In this document: positions 42,316-55,300 of the stretch, piece by piece
Numbering within the stretch: the first letter of the stretch is position 1
How the letters are laid out: each line of letters begins with the position of its first letter
Origin: Tubulanus polymorphus
Taxonomy: Eukaryota; Animalia; Nemertea
DNA: 64,000 bases
NCBI RefSeq assembly: GCF_964204645.1
Contig: NC_134027.1
Coordinates: 1,520,485 to 1,584,484, forward strand
Direction: 5' to 3'
Made by a program: the position numbers and the translations under genes
The notes under the pieces: generated by a model
The model's database searches: none
The model's input: only the letters and a program-made list of their open reading frames with translations
What the model was told of the DNA's origin: nothing

Positions 42316-45300
42316 ATGAAGTGGACAGCGATTGTGGTTACATGTGCAGATGAGACAATTGAAGAAACTGTTAGAACAGGTGTGTTTAGTTGAAAAATGT
42401 CGAGGTTGCATTTTTTTACACCGGTACTGTTGTTGTCAAATGCATTGATGTCAACACACAAACATGTTCAAATATGGTGCCACTGGATAGTATATTGTTT
42501 ATTTAGCAATGATATGATAAAAAAGAGTAAAATTGAAAAAAACTGATAATCTTAATATTTAGCAATTCGGTAAGCCCTAGGCCTAGTTCATCGATGGATT
42601 CGGTGAAGTTCTCTCTGCTGAGCCATTGATCCGCAGTTAGCGGTTTTTCTGTGTGACTCACAGCAATATTATGCTCGATACCAATTCTATTTACAGAGTT
42701 AATTCTGCGTCAATCGAAAGGTTTAATAGATAATGACACACTGTTGATAACAGCTCAAGATCCTCAGACTAACGTTGGCAGTGGAGGAGCAACTGTAAAC
42801 GCGCTATTGATTGTATCTGAACATCTCTGCGCTCGAAAAGGTTTCACCGTACGTAAATACAATATCACGTCGGTATAATTCATACCTCAATTTATCGGCA
42901 TAGTTTTAATTATTTTTTTATTTATATTTTAGGTTGTCAATCCTGATGTTCTTCAAGATTCCTCAATACTGATTTTTCATGTTGTAAGTAAAGGTGTGCC
43001 ATAAATAGCATGTCTGGAAATGTAAGACATACAATCATTTTTCACCTTTTGCATTCTACAGATTTTTCTGTCCATCATCTTCTAGAATTTACAATTCTAG
43101 CTAATGTCAGTTTTATGATACTCTATCAAAAATCATTCTGTGTATAACTACGACTCCTTGATTCCATGAAAACTCCTTCTAAACCAAACAATGTTTTTCA
43201 AGGTCCTTGAAAATCCTTGAATTTGGGCAAAATGCCCAAAAGTCCTTGAAAACTAGTTTAATTTTGAGAAATTGGCAATTAGAAAATGTTCAGGTTTTAG
43301 GCCTAGTTATTATACACACAGATTCAACCGATATTAAGTTTACCGAGAGATAAACAGTACCGATTTAGGAGGAGCCTACTGTATTAGGGATATGAAAGTG
43401 ATGCATAAACTCCTCGAAATTTGAAATTTAACTCCTTTAAATCTGGAATGACTGATCTGTAGGAACCCTGTATATGCTTAGTCGTCCAGACCTGGCATAG
43501 GTAGCAACATATAAGTACCGTAATTTCCTTTCGTTAATAATCAACATCGAAGAATCATAAAAAATCATACTTAAAATTGTTTCTTGTAAGGGACGCATGT
43601 TTCCTTTTGGAAATGGAAATCGAGCCTTTCTGAATCTACCAGCTACAGTAACCGCTCAATACGACCATATTGTAACTAACATCGATGCCTTGTTGCATAC
43701 GATAACAACAAAGGTTTGTGAATCGTTGAAAATGATTGAAACGATAAACTCATTTTTCTGTCGAATGATTTTATTTTACTTTATCATCTTCTCTCTCTAT
43801 TTAGATAGCAGTAGAAGCGCCCCCTGGTGTTTGGGTCAGTAGTACGGACATGTTTTTGGCAGTAAATTACACGGATGATGGTAAAACCTGCTTCCATACT
43901 TTCTATTAGTAACGTTTTGAGTGAACTGTGAAAAACCTGACACTTCTCACTACGATGTCTACAGCTGAATATCGTGTTTTATTTCAGACAAATCATTGAT
44001 ACCTTGGAGTGAAGGCATTCAAGTGTGCGCTATATCGGTTCCTGGTGATGCAGAATATGCTAAACAACATGGCGTTTACAAAATCAATCAACAGGTTAGA
44101 GTGATGTAAAAAAATTGATATCTTAAAATTCAGAAGAAAATCTGTCCTGATTGTGATCAGTAGCGGCTTATGTGATTGTGAAAAATTATCTGAAAAATGT
44201 TTGAAATCCTGGTATTTTGTCGTGAGTAAAAAATTGTATTGATGCAAAAACTGTGAAAATTTCATCGATTTGACCCCTGTTAGTTTTAATCCTGCATTCT
44301 ACAATGAATTCTATTTGTATCGTCAGTAGTTTGTGTAATAATTCTATCGGTTCGTTGTAGGGTAATTTAACCGGTATAGTTTACCGAGGTTCAGAAGAGA
44401 AAATACGAACATGTGAACTGCACGGTGGAAATGTTCCTATGGTAAACATTGACATGAAATAAACCTATAAGGTTCCCATCAGGTGTAAAGGGTTACACCT
44501 TATAAGCATAGATTGAATAAAATCAATAAATTGAATAGATAATAGGGACAATAAAGATCAAACATAACAAATATAGGAAATGTTTTCTGACTGTCTTTTT
44601 TTATAACTGAATTTATTATAGGTTTGTGGAGTTGTTTATTTCAGTCCATTGATTGCGGAAACACTATTGAAATTTCACACACAAAGTCAGTTATACGCTT
44701 GTACATACGTAGGTGTTGACAGCGGAGTGAAACCAATTGAGGTAAACTATAAATAATAATGAGTTTTATAAAGTGTTTACATGCAGACAGCCTGTAAATA
44801 TGCTTCCGTAAGATTGGTATTATCACACCCAGCCTATCAATCATCTCTTCCTGGGAAGAAGTAACATCCGAGCAACTCTGCTTAGTGCTCAAGAGTTATC
44901 TAGCAGGCTAGGTACCCATTTACTCCTGGGTGGAGAGAGGAAATGAGGATAAGTGTCTTGCCCCGGGAGACAGGTAATGTACAGCGTTGAAATAAATCTA
45001 CAACCTGGTTTCCCAGCGAGCGCTCTAATCACACTGCTCCACTGAACCTACGACCTGGCTTCCCACAGTCTCTAACTACTCATCCACACTGCTCCACTGA
45101 ACCTACGACCTGGCTTCCCACAGTCTCTAACCACTCATCCACACTGCTCCACTGAATTAAATAACTTGAATATCATTATTCCACCTCAAATAGCAATTGA
45201 TTTGTTCGGTTTTTAGTTGTCGTTGTTTTTTGACTTTCTGCTGGCGATGTGTGAAGGAATATCACAGCAGGAATTTGTAGATGGAAACTGTTTGTATCGT

Positions 45301-48300
45301 AGACAGAGTATATACTCATTAGCTGGAGGAGATACAGATACAATGAGACAGGCTCGAACTTTACTGTGGAATGAATTACACGATATTTCTGTTAAAGTTG
45401 GTAAGTTACGTGCATCAAATACAGGCTGCCAAGTGGCTTTACATTTCCTACATCTCCCTGCAAAAAACATTGCTGTTGAATACTGCGTGATTATTCAATA
45501 TGTTTTTGTTATTATAAGTTGTAATTCCGGGACAATACGATTACATTTCTTCATCTCCGGCGGAATTTCATCATCAATTACTCAACAATCCGATAAAAAG
45601 TTCATCGGACCCATGTTTCCAATGGCAACCGATTATACATTCGTATATCGAGGTAAGACGACGCAGTGTGAAATTTAAGAGCGATCGATTTGAAAACTTG
45701 TTCGTTTTTTCGTGTTTTTAAGGACGGCGTGAGTATGGCTGAAGATAACAGTATCGTAATAAACTCTGTGATTGATTCTAGTTGTCAGATCGGTTCTAAT
45801 ACAGCAGTATTAAACTGTCAGTTAACAGGCTGCGACGTTACTATCGGTAAACAGTGTCTTGTATCTGGAATACAATCTGAACAACTTCAGGTACTAATCA
45901 TAATCATATAGCTTCAGCGTTAGGTCACCAAACAAACAAACAACTATATTCATCCTTCAAATGTCTATAAACAGTCAACCAAGATATACTGCGCCCACAT
46001 CGCTGCAGAAGAATTTTGGCGGTATATAGAGTATGGCGGTATATCGGGGGTGTTTTACTATGTATTTGTATAGAGATGTACATCGAGAAAACCTGGCAGT
46101 AGGTGGGGGTGGCGGTTAATGGGAGGGCGGTATATCGGGGGTGTTTTACTATGTATTTGTATAGAGATGTACATCGAGAAAACCTGGCAGTAGGTGGGGG
46201 TGGCGGTTAATGGGAGGGCGGTATATCGGGGGTGTTTTACTATGTATTTGTATAGAGATGTACATCGAGAAAACCTGGCAGTAGGTGGGGGTGGCGGTTA
46301 ATGGGAGGGCGGTATATCGGGGGTGTTTTACTATGTATTTGTATAGAGATGTACATCGAGAAAACCTGGCAGTAGGTGGGGGTGGCGGTTAATGGGAGGG
46401 CGGTATATCGGGGGTGTTTTACTATGTATTTGTATAGAGATGTACATCGAGAAAACCTGGCAGTAGGTGGGGGTGGCGGTTAATGGGAGGGCGGTATATC
46501 GGGGGTGTTTTACTATGTATTTGTATAGAGATGTACATCGAGAAAACCTGGCAGTAGGTGGGGGTGGCGGTTAATGAGAGGGCAGAATATCGGGCTTGAC
46601 TACACATGAAATCGCAAATATAGTGTTCGATGTCTTAAGCGAATTGGTTATAACTGTTTGCTAATAATTATTTTACTGAAGACGAGAAAAGAGAAATGTT
46701 TGTTAATTTCTGCCCAACTCTGATGTTTGCGTATTTGTAGAATTTGGAATCATTAGATGTTGTAGATGCGACAGTTTTACAATCGCATACAGTGAAATTA
46801 CCGATGTTTACAGGAGGTGTCACCAGTATTATTACAGCGATAGGATTGATGGATAGCTTAAAGGTTTGTTGGAGAAACATCTGTCAAGCTATTGAAGTAA
46901 AATATACATCAGTTAATTTACTTATCATAAATTGAACAATCATTTCTATATTTAGGGTAATGTGTTAGATGGAACCTATTGTAACCGTCCATGGACAGAA
47001 CTATTTACGAGAACAGGAATAACTGTTGGTGATCTCTGGGATATCGATTTAGTAAGTTCAACAGTAAATAGACCATATCTATGATCAATCCATCTCGTCG
47101 ATAAATCAATGTTTTTTGTTGTTTTTTTATCGCAGCCACAAGAATTAAAGAGATTAGAAAATGCGCGGTTATTCCCTGTGTCGCATATGCATCATTCAGT
47201 AGGACTATCAGAGATATTGTGGTTACAAGGCGTTTCTAGAAACAGTGCAGATATGTTACACAGGTCTGTCATGTTTATTATTCAGATATCATCGCGTCAA
47301 ATTCAACTCAGGTTTTAAGTTCGTCTTATTTGAAATATTGCAGGTGGAGATCATCGTGGAGGCTTTCTTTCAATGACATTTGGAGTTCACTGAGTTTGAG
47401 TAAGGATTTTGAAATGTGTCAGAATCTTGGATTCCTCGTCAGTAAGAACCTCATGCGTGATACACTGTTGGGAGGCAAAGACTTGAGATTATTGCAGCTT
47501 TATAGAACCGCTTGTCTTCACGGATTCCACAGAGAAATTCTTCTTGAATTAGATGAGAGTAGGCATTGATTCTCTACTATAACTGATAAACTTATATTAA
47601 TCTCAATATTTCAGAGTTAATGTGCAAAATGAACAGTTGATGATTTAACAATTCATTCGCCGGACAGTTTTGACTTCACTTCATCGTCACAGTAACCAAA
47701 ATGTTGTCGTTTTTATTTCTCTGATGATGAAGTTTCGTTAAAACTTTGAAACTGTCGATTTTGCTCATTATAACGTATATTGTTTATACTGATAAATGAT
47801 TGGTTTATTTTGTCAGTTGGTATCGAGTGTAATTCACCTGGTATTGCCGCCCGAACATTTGCTAATATAGCGGAGGTTTTAGCGTGTATGGCTGATGGTA
47901 AAGGTGGTCTGAGAAGTGGACCCGCTGGCAATCATAGATGGTCAAAAGCTTTCCAAATATTAGAGGTAAGAATGACCCGCTTTTACTCCGTGTTGTAATG
48001 ATAACATTAAAATCCCACATCAGGAAAGATGAGTTCGAAATATTTCCATGATTTATTAAATATATTGAACTAGTCTATGATAATCGGCTAGTAATATTCT
48101 CGTGAAGTTGACTATTAGGATACAATTTTCCTGTTTCATCACGTAGAAAGGTGATATAATACTGGGCGTGAAAGCTATGGCTGAAGAGAGACAGAACTGG
48201 TTGAAACAGCCGAGTTTATTAGTGAGAGCAGCGCGACATTACGAGGGAGCAGCTCAAATACTGGTCAGACATGCTACAGCTACTGCTAGAAAGGTACATT

Positions 48301-51300
48301 AGTACACAATGCACAAAATATAAATCAGAGTGGCCACTGACCTAGAAAACCTGGAAAACTCAGGAAATTCGGAAAATGGTATTGACTATGCGTTTCTTTA
48401 TCAGTGTGATTCAATAAAAAATGAATGAATTGTGACATTTTGAATGGGGATTTGTAAATGGATGGAAAATGGCTACCCTGTAATTTGATCAACAAAACTT
48501 TTCAAATTGCTCATCAATTTCAGTTTATAAACGTATCTAAGAGCAGCACGCCTTTCCCTAAAGATAAATGGTTAGTTGTTGAATGTTGTGCTAGAGTTGA
48601 TATCGCTGGAGGCTGGTCTGATACTCCTCCTATAACCTACGAACACGGTGGTGCCGTTATCAATGCTGCTATATCAATCGATCAAAAGGTATCTAATTGA
48701 ATTCGATATAGAAATTCTGATAGATAGCTCTCGTTATAATTGATTGAGATCTGTGCGTTGTTTATTTCTAGAGGCCGATTGGAGCTAAAATAAGGAAGAT
48801 TATGGAGTAAGTAATGCATGTTATTACAATACTTTAAGATACGCATTTAAGATTTACCTTTCTAAATGCAAAGATACGCTCGCGCTCTTAAGACTTATCG
48901 ATACCATTTTAAAAAGAAAGCATTTACCGGGGTACCCTAAATCTTGTCACCAATTGCTCTCCGCATTTGTAGTCTATTTCATTCTATATTATCATATTAT
49001 ATCTTAATTTCATGTCTTCTGTAAAGCATATTCGAGGCTTTTAGGAATAAGGCGCTGTATATAAGTTTCATGCAATGGTGATAATGTATTTAGGGGGGGG
49101 GTAATATTGATTGTTGGTGTGTTGAATACTGTATTGTTTTGTTTTTATCACAGACCAGTGATTCGTCTGATACTAGGAGCTGATTCTGATTCTACAACGA
49201 AAATCACCATTTCAAACTTATCTGAATTTGCGGATTATTGTCAACCACATGCTGCAGGTACGGTATCAATCAAAATGCTGCAGGTACGGTATCGATCAAA
49301 ATGCTGCAGGTACGGTATCAATCAAAATGCTGCAGGTACGGTATCAATCAAAATGCTGCAGGTACAGTATCGATCAAAAACAAATAATACATTCCTATCC
49401 AGGAAAGGCTTGAAAATAAACAACTTTGCAATGATCTCCCAGATCTTGCTAGATTTGTTTAAATGTGTATACAGTCAGCCAAACTCTATAAACAGTTCTT
49501 GATGATTGCGTTAACTTGCAGGTGCTCTTCTGAAGGCAGCATTCTTGTGTACGGAGGCAATATCATACCCGTCTAGTATGAGTTTACACGATCAGTTAAT
49601 CAGTAACTATAACGGTGGATTTGAGTTACAGACCTGGTCTCATTTACCGCACGGTTCAGGTGATTATTATTACTGTTGATATCGAGAGAATGTATCAGTT
49701 CCACGAGAGTTAACGTGTTTCTCTTTTTATATTCAGGATTGGGAACGAGTAGTATTTTAGCTGGTGTTGTTATGATGGTTATTTGGGCGGCGACTGGACA
49801 TGAATTAGATGATACAGCTCTTGTACATAGTGTCAGTACTTGTGTAATACATATGTATCCTTAGTCTGTAGTTCCTCGTGCCACTCGTCCCCAACAAGAA
49901 CAAGACACCAAAAATTCAAATTTTTCCCTGATTTTCAAGCAGTCAGAATTCCTTTATTTTTTCCATGCAGGAACAAATAAATCCAGGATTCCTTGATCTG
50001 TAAGAATCGTGTGTATTTAATTGGCAGGTATTACATTTAGAGCAAATGTTAACAACTGGAGGTGGTTGGCAAGATCAGGTCGGTGGACTTTACGGTGGTA
50101 TCAAAGTTGGATATTCTGAAGCTAAATTGCCATTGTTTGTTGATGTGAAATATCCCAGTATATCAACAACGACTATTGAAGCGTTCAGCAACAGACTGTT
50201 AGCCATTTACACCGGCAAAACCAGACTGGCTAAAAACCTACTGCAGGTAAATGAATGAATTCAACTAGAATATTACTGAATAACACAATGAGAATGGAAA
50301 ATACAGTGTGAAATGTTTCCTCAAGCTAATAATCTATTCTAAATTTCTCTTTTATGATAATACTAACGTTCTTAAGATGAATATTAGAATAAAGTGGAAA
50401 TCAATCATTAGCTCATTTCAGATTCATTCTTATAGAGAGATTTAATATCATTGTAACGCATTGCATCAGTGGTTATTTTATAATGTCAGTTGCCTGCTGG
50501 TCTGTACCTGTTAAACCTTCTATATTCAGGATGTTGTGAGGAGTTGGTATTCCCGAAGTCCCGATATCGTAAACACAGAAAACCAACTCGTACAAACCGC
50601 CTGGGATTGTGCTAAAGCATTTGAAGATGGTTAGACTTTTTCATTCACTTCAGCTCTTCAGACATCACATTACTTAGAATAGCTTCTGGCAATCAAATCA
50701 ACAGCCAGTAACCTTCAAGTCATCTAGTCAATTGATTTTAGATTCAACCGAGAACCAGAACTTGAACTTGCTGGTCATAGAGCTTGTTAATATTGTACCC
50801 CATATCTAAGCAATAAGTTACTTTGCAATTTACATTTTTGGTCCATCCTTAGTTGTTTTGAAATCTCTTATTTCAACACACCTTTTAACTACAAGTCTTT
50901 TATGCCCATCATTTGTTATATATCATTTCTAAATTGATGCAAGTATCAGTTCTTAAATCGTAAGCCAAAGAGGGAAGTATATAGAATTACGGCGATGTAT
51001 AATTGTTGTTATCATTTGCAGGCGATATTGAAAGAATTGGTGCTTGTATGAACATGTATTGGGAACAGAAGAAACAAATGGCGACCGGTTGTGAACCAGC
51101 GACTGTAAGAACTATGATGAATGCTCTTCGTCCTTACACATACGGCATGTCTCTAGCCGGTGCTGGAGGTGGTGGATTTCTGTATGTACTTACTAAAGAG
51201 CCGAACAGTGCTGATAAAATCAGAGCTATATTAACAGATTTACCGGTGAGTTTATGAGCTGAGAAAACTGGATAAACAAACAGTGTAGGAACGCGATAGT

Positions 51301-51401
51301 AACCTACGTATGAATTATTGTTACAGGAGATGAAGAAAGTGACAGTTCATGAAACAGCAGTTTGTTTGGACGCGTTCACAATTAACTACGTCAACCTGTA
51401 A
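42316..51401 (+). CDS. FCSK: L-fucose kinase (N-terminal fucokinase domain + C-terminal GHMP kinase), more than 20 exons
   Basis: [140 protein letters not shown]. Confidence 0.96.
44815..45040 (-). mobile_element. CORE-type SINE remnant in a FCSK intron, followed by a ~55-bp tandem duplication (45030-45155)
   Basis: Reverse complement contains GGGCAAGACACTTATCCTCATTTCCTCTCTCCACCCAGGAGTAAATGGGTACC, similar to the CORE-SINE conserved domain. Confidence 0.6.
45971..46604. mobile_element. Tc1/mariner(pogo)-like MITE containing six 91-bp tandem repeats (46035-46590)
   Basis: CAGTCAACC..GATATACTGC / GCAGAATATCGGGCTTGACT ends; related ends at ~37443-37474 and ~39869-39891; 91-bp period. Confidence 0.75.
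49249..49379 (+). repeat. 26-bp tandem repeat x5 spanning a FCSK exon/intron junction
   Basis: ATGCTGCAG|GTACGGTATCAATCAAA repeated. Confidence 0.9.
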
Positions 51402-52351
51402 TAATTGAGAACAAGGGACAAGTTGATAAAATCAACACATTTACATGAATACAAACTGGACTCTCTGATATGTAGTATTTTACACTGAAAATAAGAGTAA
51501 TGATTCTGATTTAGATTTTTTTAGGATCAGCAGTCGAGCGGAAACTAGTCTCGATTACCGGGTAGTATAGTCGTGTCAGGTGTTACTACTGCTCATAGAG
51601 GTTTAATGGATTTCATATCATTTTGATCAATGTTAGGATTGTTATGCAGCAACGAATCATGTCAAATCTATTTTTCACTTAATCATTGTATAATTTATAA
51701 GTGTATTTATTGATACACGTACTTAAATAAAGATATATATCTATATAAAATACGTGTACAGTGATATTGTTTTTGTTTGGATTCGACCGTAAACTATGGG
51801 TCAGGCAGGCTAATAGATGTTTATCAGGATTCAGAGCCACTAAGACAGTCAAGAAGCAGAATCATAGACTATGAGGAAATGAGACTCTTCAATGAATTAA
51901 ACACGATTCTAGTATGTTTCAGTACAGAAAGTCATTTAATTAGACACTTACTTAACATCCTACATCCTTTCATTACTTCATAGGAATGCTTTGTAAATTA
52001 TTGATAGATCACAGATCGGAAGAATAGTTGGCACAACAAAAATAAATAAACCAGCTTTTACAACTACGTTACAAGAAAACTATTAGTTGCATTATATCAC
52101 AGACTACTCTATATTATAAAACTTATTAAAATTAAAATCAATTTATCAAAATAAAAAGAATCTTTGGCATAATTTCAGAAATGATGTTTAACCACAAAAG
52201 AAAGATTAACTATTTTGGCACTTCATAACAGGAAGTCAAAAAATTATCTCTCGTAGAAAGTGCTGACCTTTCATATTGTAGATTTTCGCGCTACAGCTGG
52301 TGCACAGGAGTCAGACCTCAAACAGGTTAGTATCTGCAGGTGCAACATGTC

Positions 52352-55300
52352 TCAGGTAAAGTGGAATTGAGACTTGTGTTTACGAGGTGTTAACCATCGA
52401 TGTTGTAACTGAGGAAAACGATCATTAATCAACTGTTCTTCAAGCGGTGACGGAATAATCTTATGAGTCGATTTCGGTTGAGTCACCAACACATAATGAC
52501 TGGAAAAAAGATCACAATTTAAACCATCGAAAAAATCGACAAATTTCACAGGTAGACAACTACAAATAACGTATAGATACTGACCTACATTTACTGGGTA
52601 TTGATCTACTCGAGACAGGCCGGAATGCGTGCGAACTCGGATGTCGTGGATCCATCATTTTTGCGTCGATGTGAGATTCATATGATTTCAGATGCCGCAC
52701 GTTATAATAATGAGGATCTTGATTTAAACGATATCTAAAAATACGACATCGATACGAATAACTACGGTTTGTAATAGTAGGCGATCAATAGGATGTCGTA
52801 TGTGAAGATCAGTCTCGTACCTGAACGGCATTTCGGCGCCTAAATCCTGTTTTTCCTTTTCTTTCTGTTCAATAAATGCAGATTTTGGTTGAATCGGTGG
52901 ACGGTTTGTAACCCCCGGTAACGGAGTAGACGGTAAAGGACCGGCGGGTGCGGTCATCGCTCGGTCCCGTCCAAAAAACGATGATTCAGATCTCGTCAAA
53001 TAACCGGCTTAATTAGAAAATGTCATCGTCATTAATGAGCTCCGTAGGAACTACTTGATTTTAGGTGATGTGCTACTTACAAGAGATAGGTGATTGTGCA
53101 TCGCAGTCATGGTGACCGAGTAACGCTTTACGTCTCTGTTTACGCTGAATCTCCAAAAGATGGCGCTTCTCAGCTGCACTTTGTATGCGCAGTTCTTTCT
53201 GCATTTTCAGTAGCATATGCCTGTTATATAATAGAGATTAAAACAAAATAATAATAAGATAAAGAATAAAGAAAGGTTTTAACATTTTTAACTTTCTCTA
53301 GAGACCATCCCCAAGTTTGATAAATGAATTTCATTCTCAGATTTGTATCTAGTTGGTTTTAATCCGATTAGTTGTGTGTGAATGAACAATTTCAATTCTA
53401 AGCTCTAAAGAGAAGTAGCCGTACCTTTCAATCATTCTATCAGCCCAGTTATTATCAAAATGAGTTCCATCATTCCTCAATAGTTTGTCCAAAGGCCATC
53501 TGAAATAAAGGAAAATATTATAAATACCTGTAATCTATATACATGTAGTAGGTTTGATGATGAAAAGACAGAGAAATACAAATATATAGTTTAAAACCTA
53601 TCATTCAAACACACCTAGGGCCATTGCAGTCATGTGTCAAATTGAAAAACAGTCTTAGAACATCACTTTGAATGGATCTACAGCCAATCTAACCACTTAA
53701 GACCAGTCTAAGTTCATTTTGGTTCTATGTAAAACCAATCTAACAATTAACTTAAGGCCAGTGTAAGCTCATTTTGGTTCTATAGCCAATCTAATGAGAT
53801 AAGACCAGTTTAAGCACATTTTGGTTCTATAGTTAATCAAAGTCTTATGATATGAGATTGCTTTTGGAAGAAATGTCCCTGCTCTAACCCGGTGAAACCT
53901 AACATTTATATCTATTACATGTATATCCTACCGATGAGACAATTCATTGAAATATTTGAACTCACATCTTCGGAAGTTTGTTAGTATTTTTAGAGAATTC
54001 ACAGTTATCCTCATTGTTATAATCCATGATGCGTAACCGTGGTTTTTCGAGCGATTTACGATATTGGTCCGTTATCCAAACCTCCAACATGAATTTCTTA
54101 CAACTACCGTTATTATCAAATCCATCCATTGTTACCATAGTTACTCGCCGATAATACGTAGATTATTATAAAGAGATTACGATACACGTGATTTCAATTA
54201 AAAAATCCGTAGCCACGAATCACGCTGAATCGCGGTGAATGAATCGTTGTTCGTGATAAACAACGATTCAATAACACATTATAGCGTGAAACACCTCATC
54301 AATCTCATCCCATGAATCGACACAAAATGAACACTTTTATTTCCAACGATATGAATTGAAATCCATTAATAGCTGTAGAGGAGCCAAGACTGTTACTACT
54401 TCATTAGAAACACAAGCTTTTGCTACGAGTCCACAGTAGCTTCATCGGTACTCATTCATTTTATGAACTTCACATTTATTGAATAAATTGAAATCTGATA
54501 ATACCAATTTCTATAAGCTGAATATTATTAACAGTCTATGTCTAGCAATAACTAAGCGTTAACCACATGACCGGCCACCGGATAAAATGCTAATAAACTG
54601 GACACTATGAGTGCGAGGGCAGGCGTGACGCTTAGAGACAATAACCATAAGCAGAACGCTTCATGTTTTAATGACAGTTAACAACTTCAAACAAATAATC
54701 ATAACAAACGCGCACACAACCTAGGGAATATTTATATACCGACAATTAAAGCATTTATTTCGGCTATAGACAGATTCCTGCCGAGCAGAATAGAGTTTAC
54801 CTACGCAAATACAAATTTGTCTAGACTGAAAGAAAGTCCAGGGGTCTAACTAAATAACATTATTAGAATCATTTCAGAGAGAACAAAGTGTTTAATCGAC
54901 CCAGGACTGATTGGCTATACAGCGAGGTGTTCCCACTGACCAGAGATTAAATCTCTCCTGATGATATTTTACAATCTACATTTTGCAGCTAGAATTATAA
55001 TGAGTCATAATGAACGGATTAGTGTCCAGTATTGATTCTGATAAATAGTCTCTCACTGCGAGTCTGATATCAAATTTTCTTGCTGTGCTTGTGTTAATTG
55101 TACTTTACACATGTTTAAACTGAAACAGTACTGCCAGTAACACTCATACTTGGTCAGTTATCTAGAAAACTTAATATAAAAATCCAACAGAATTCTGACT
55201 ACGTTATTCTTGAAGACGACCATTGGGATTTAGTTAAAACGTAGAATAAACTACTTGCTCGGAAATTTTTGGAATTTATTTTTCATTCTAAGTGTGGGAG

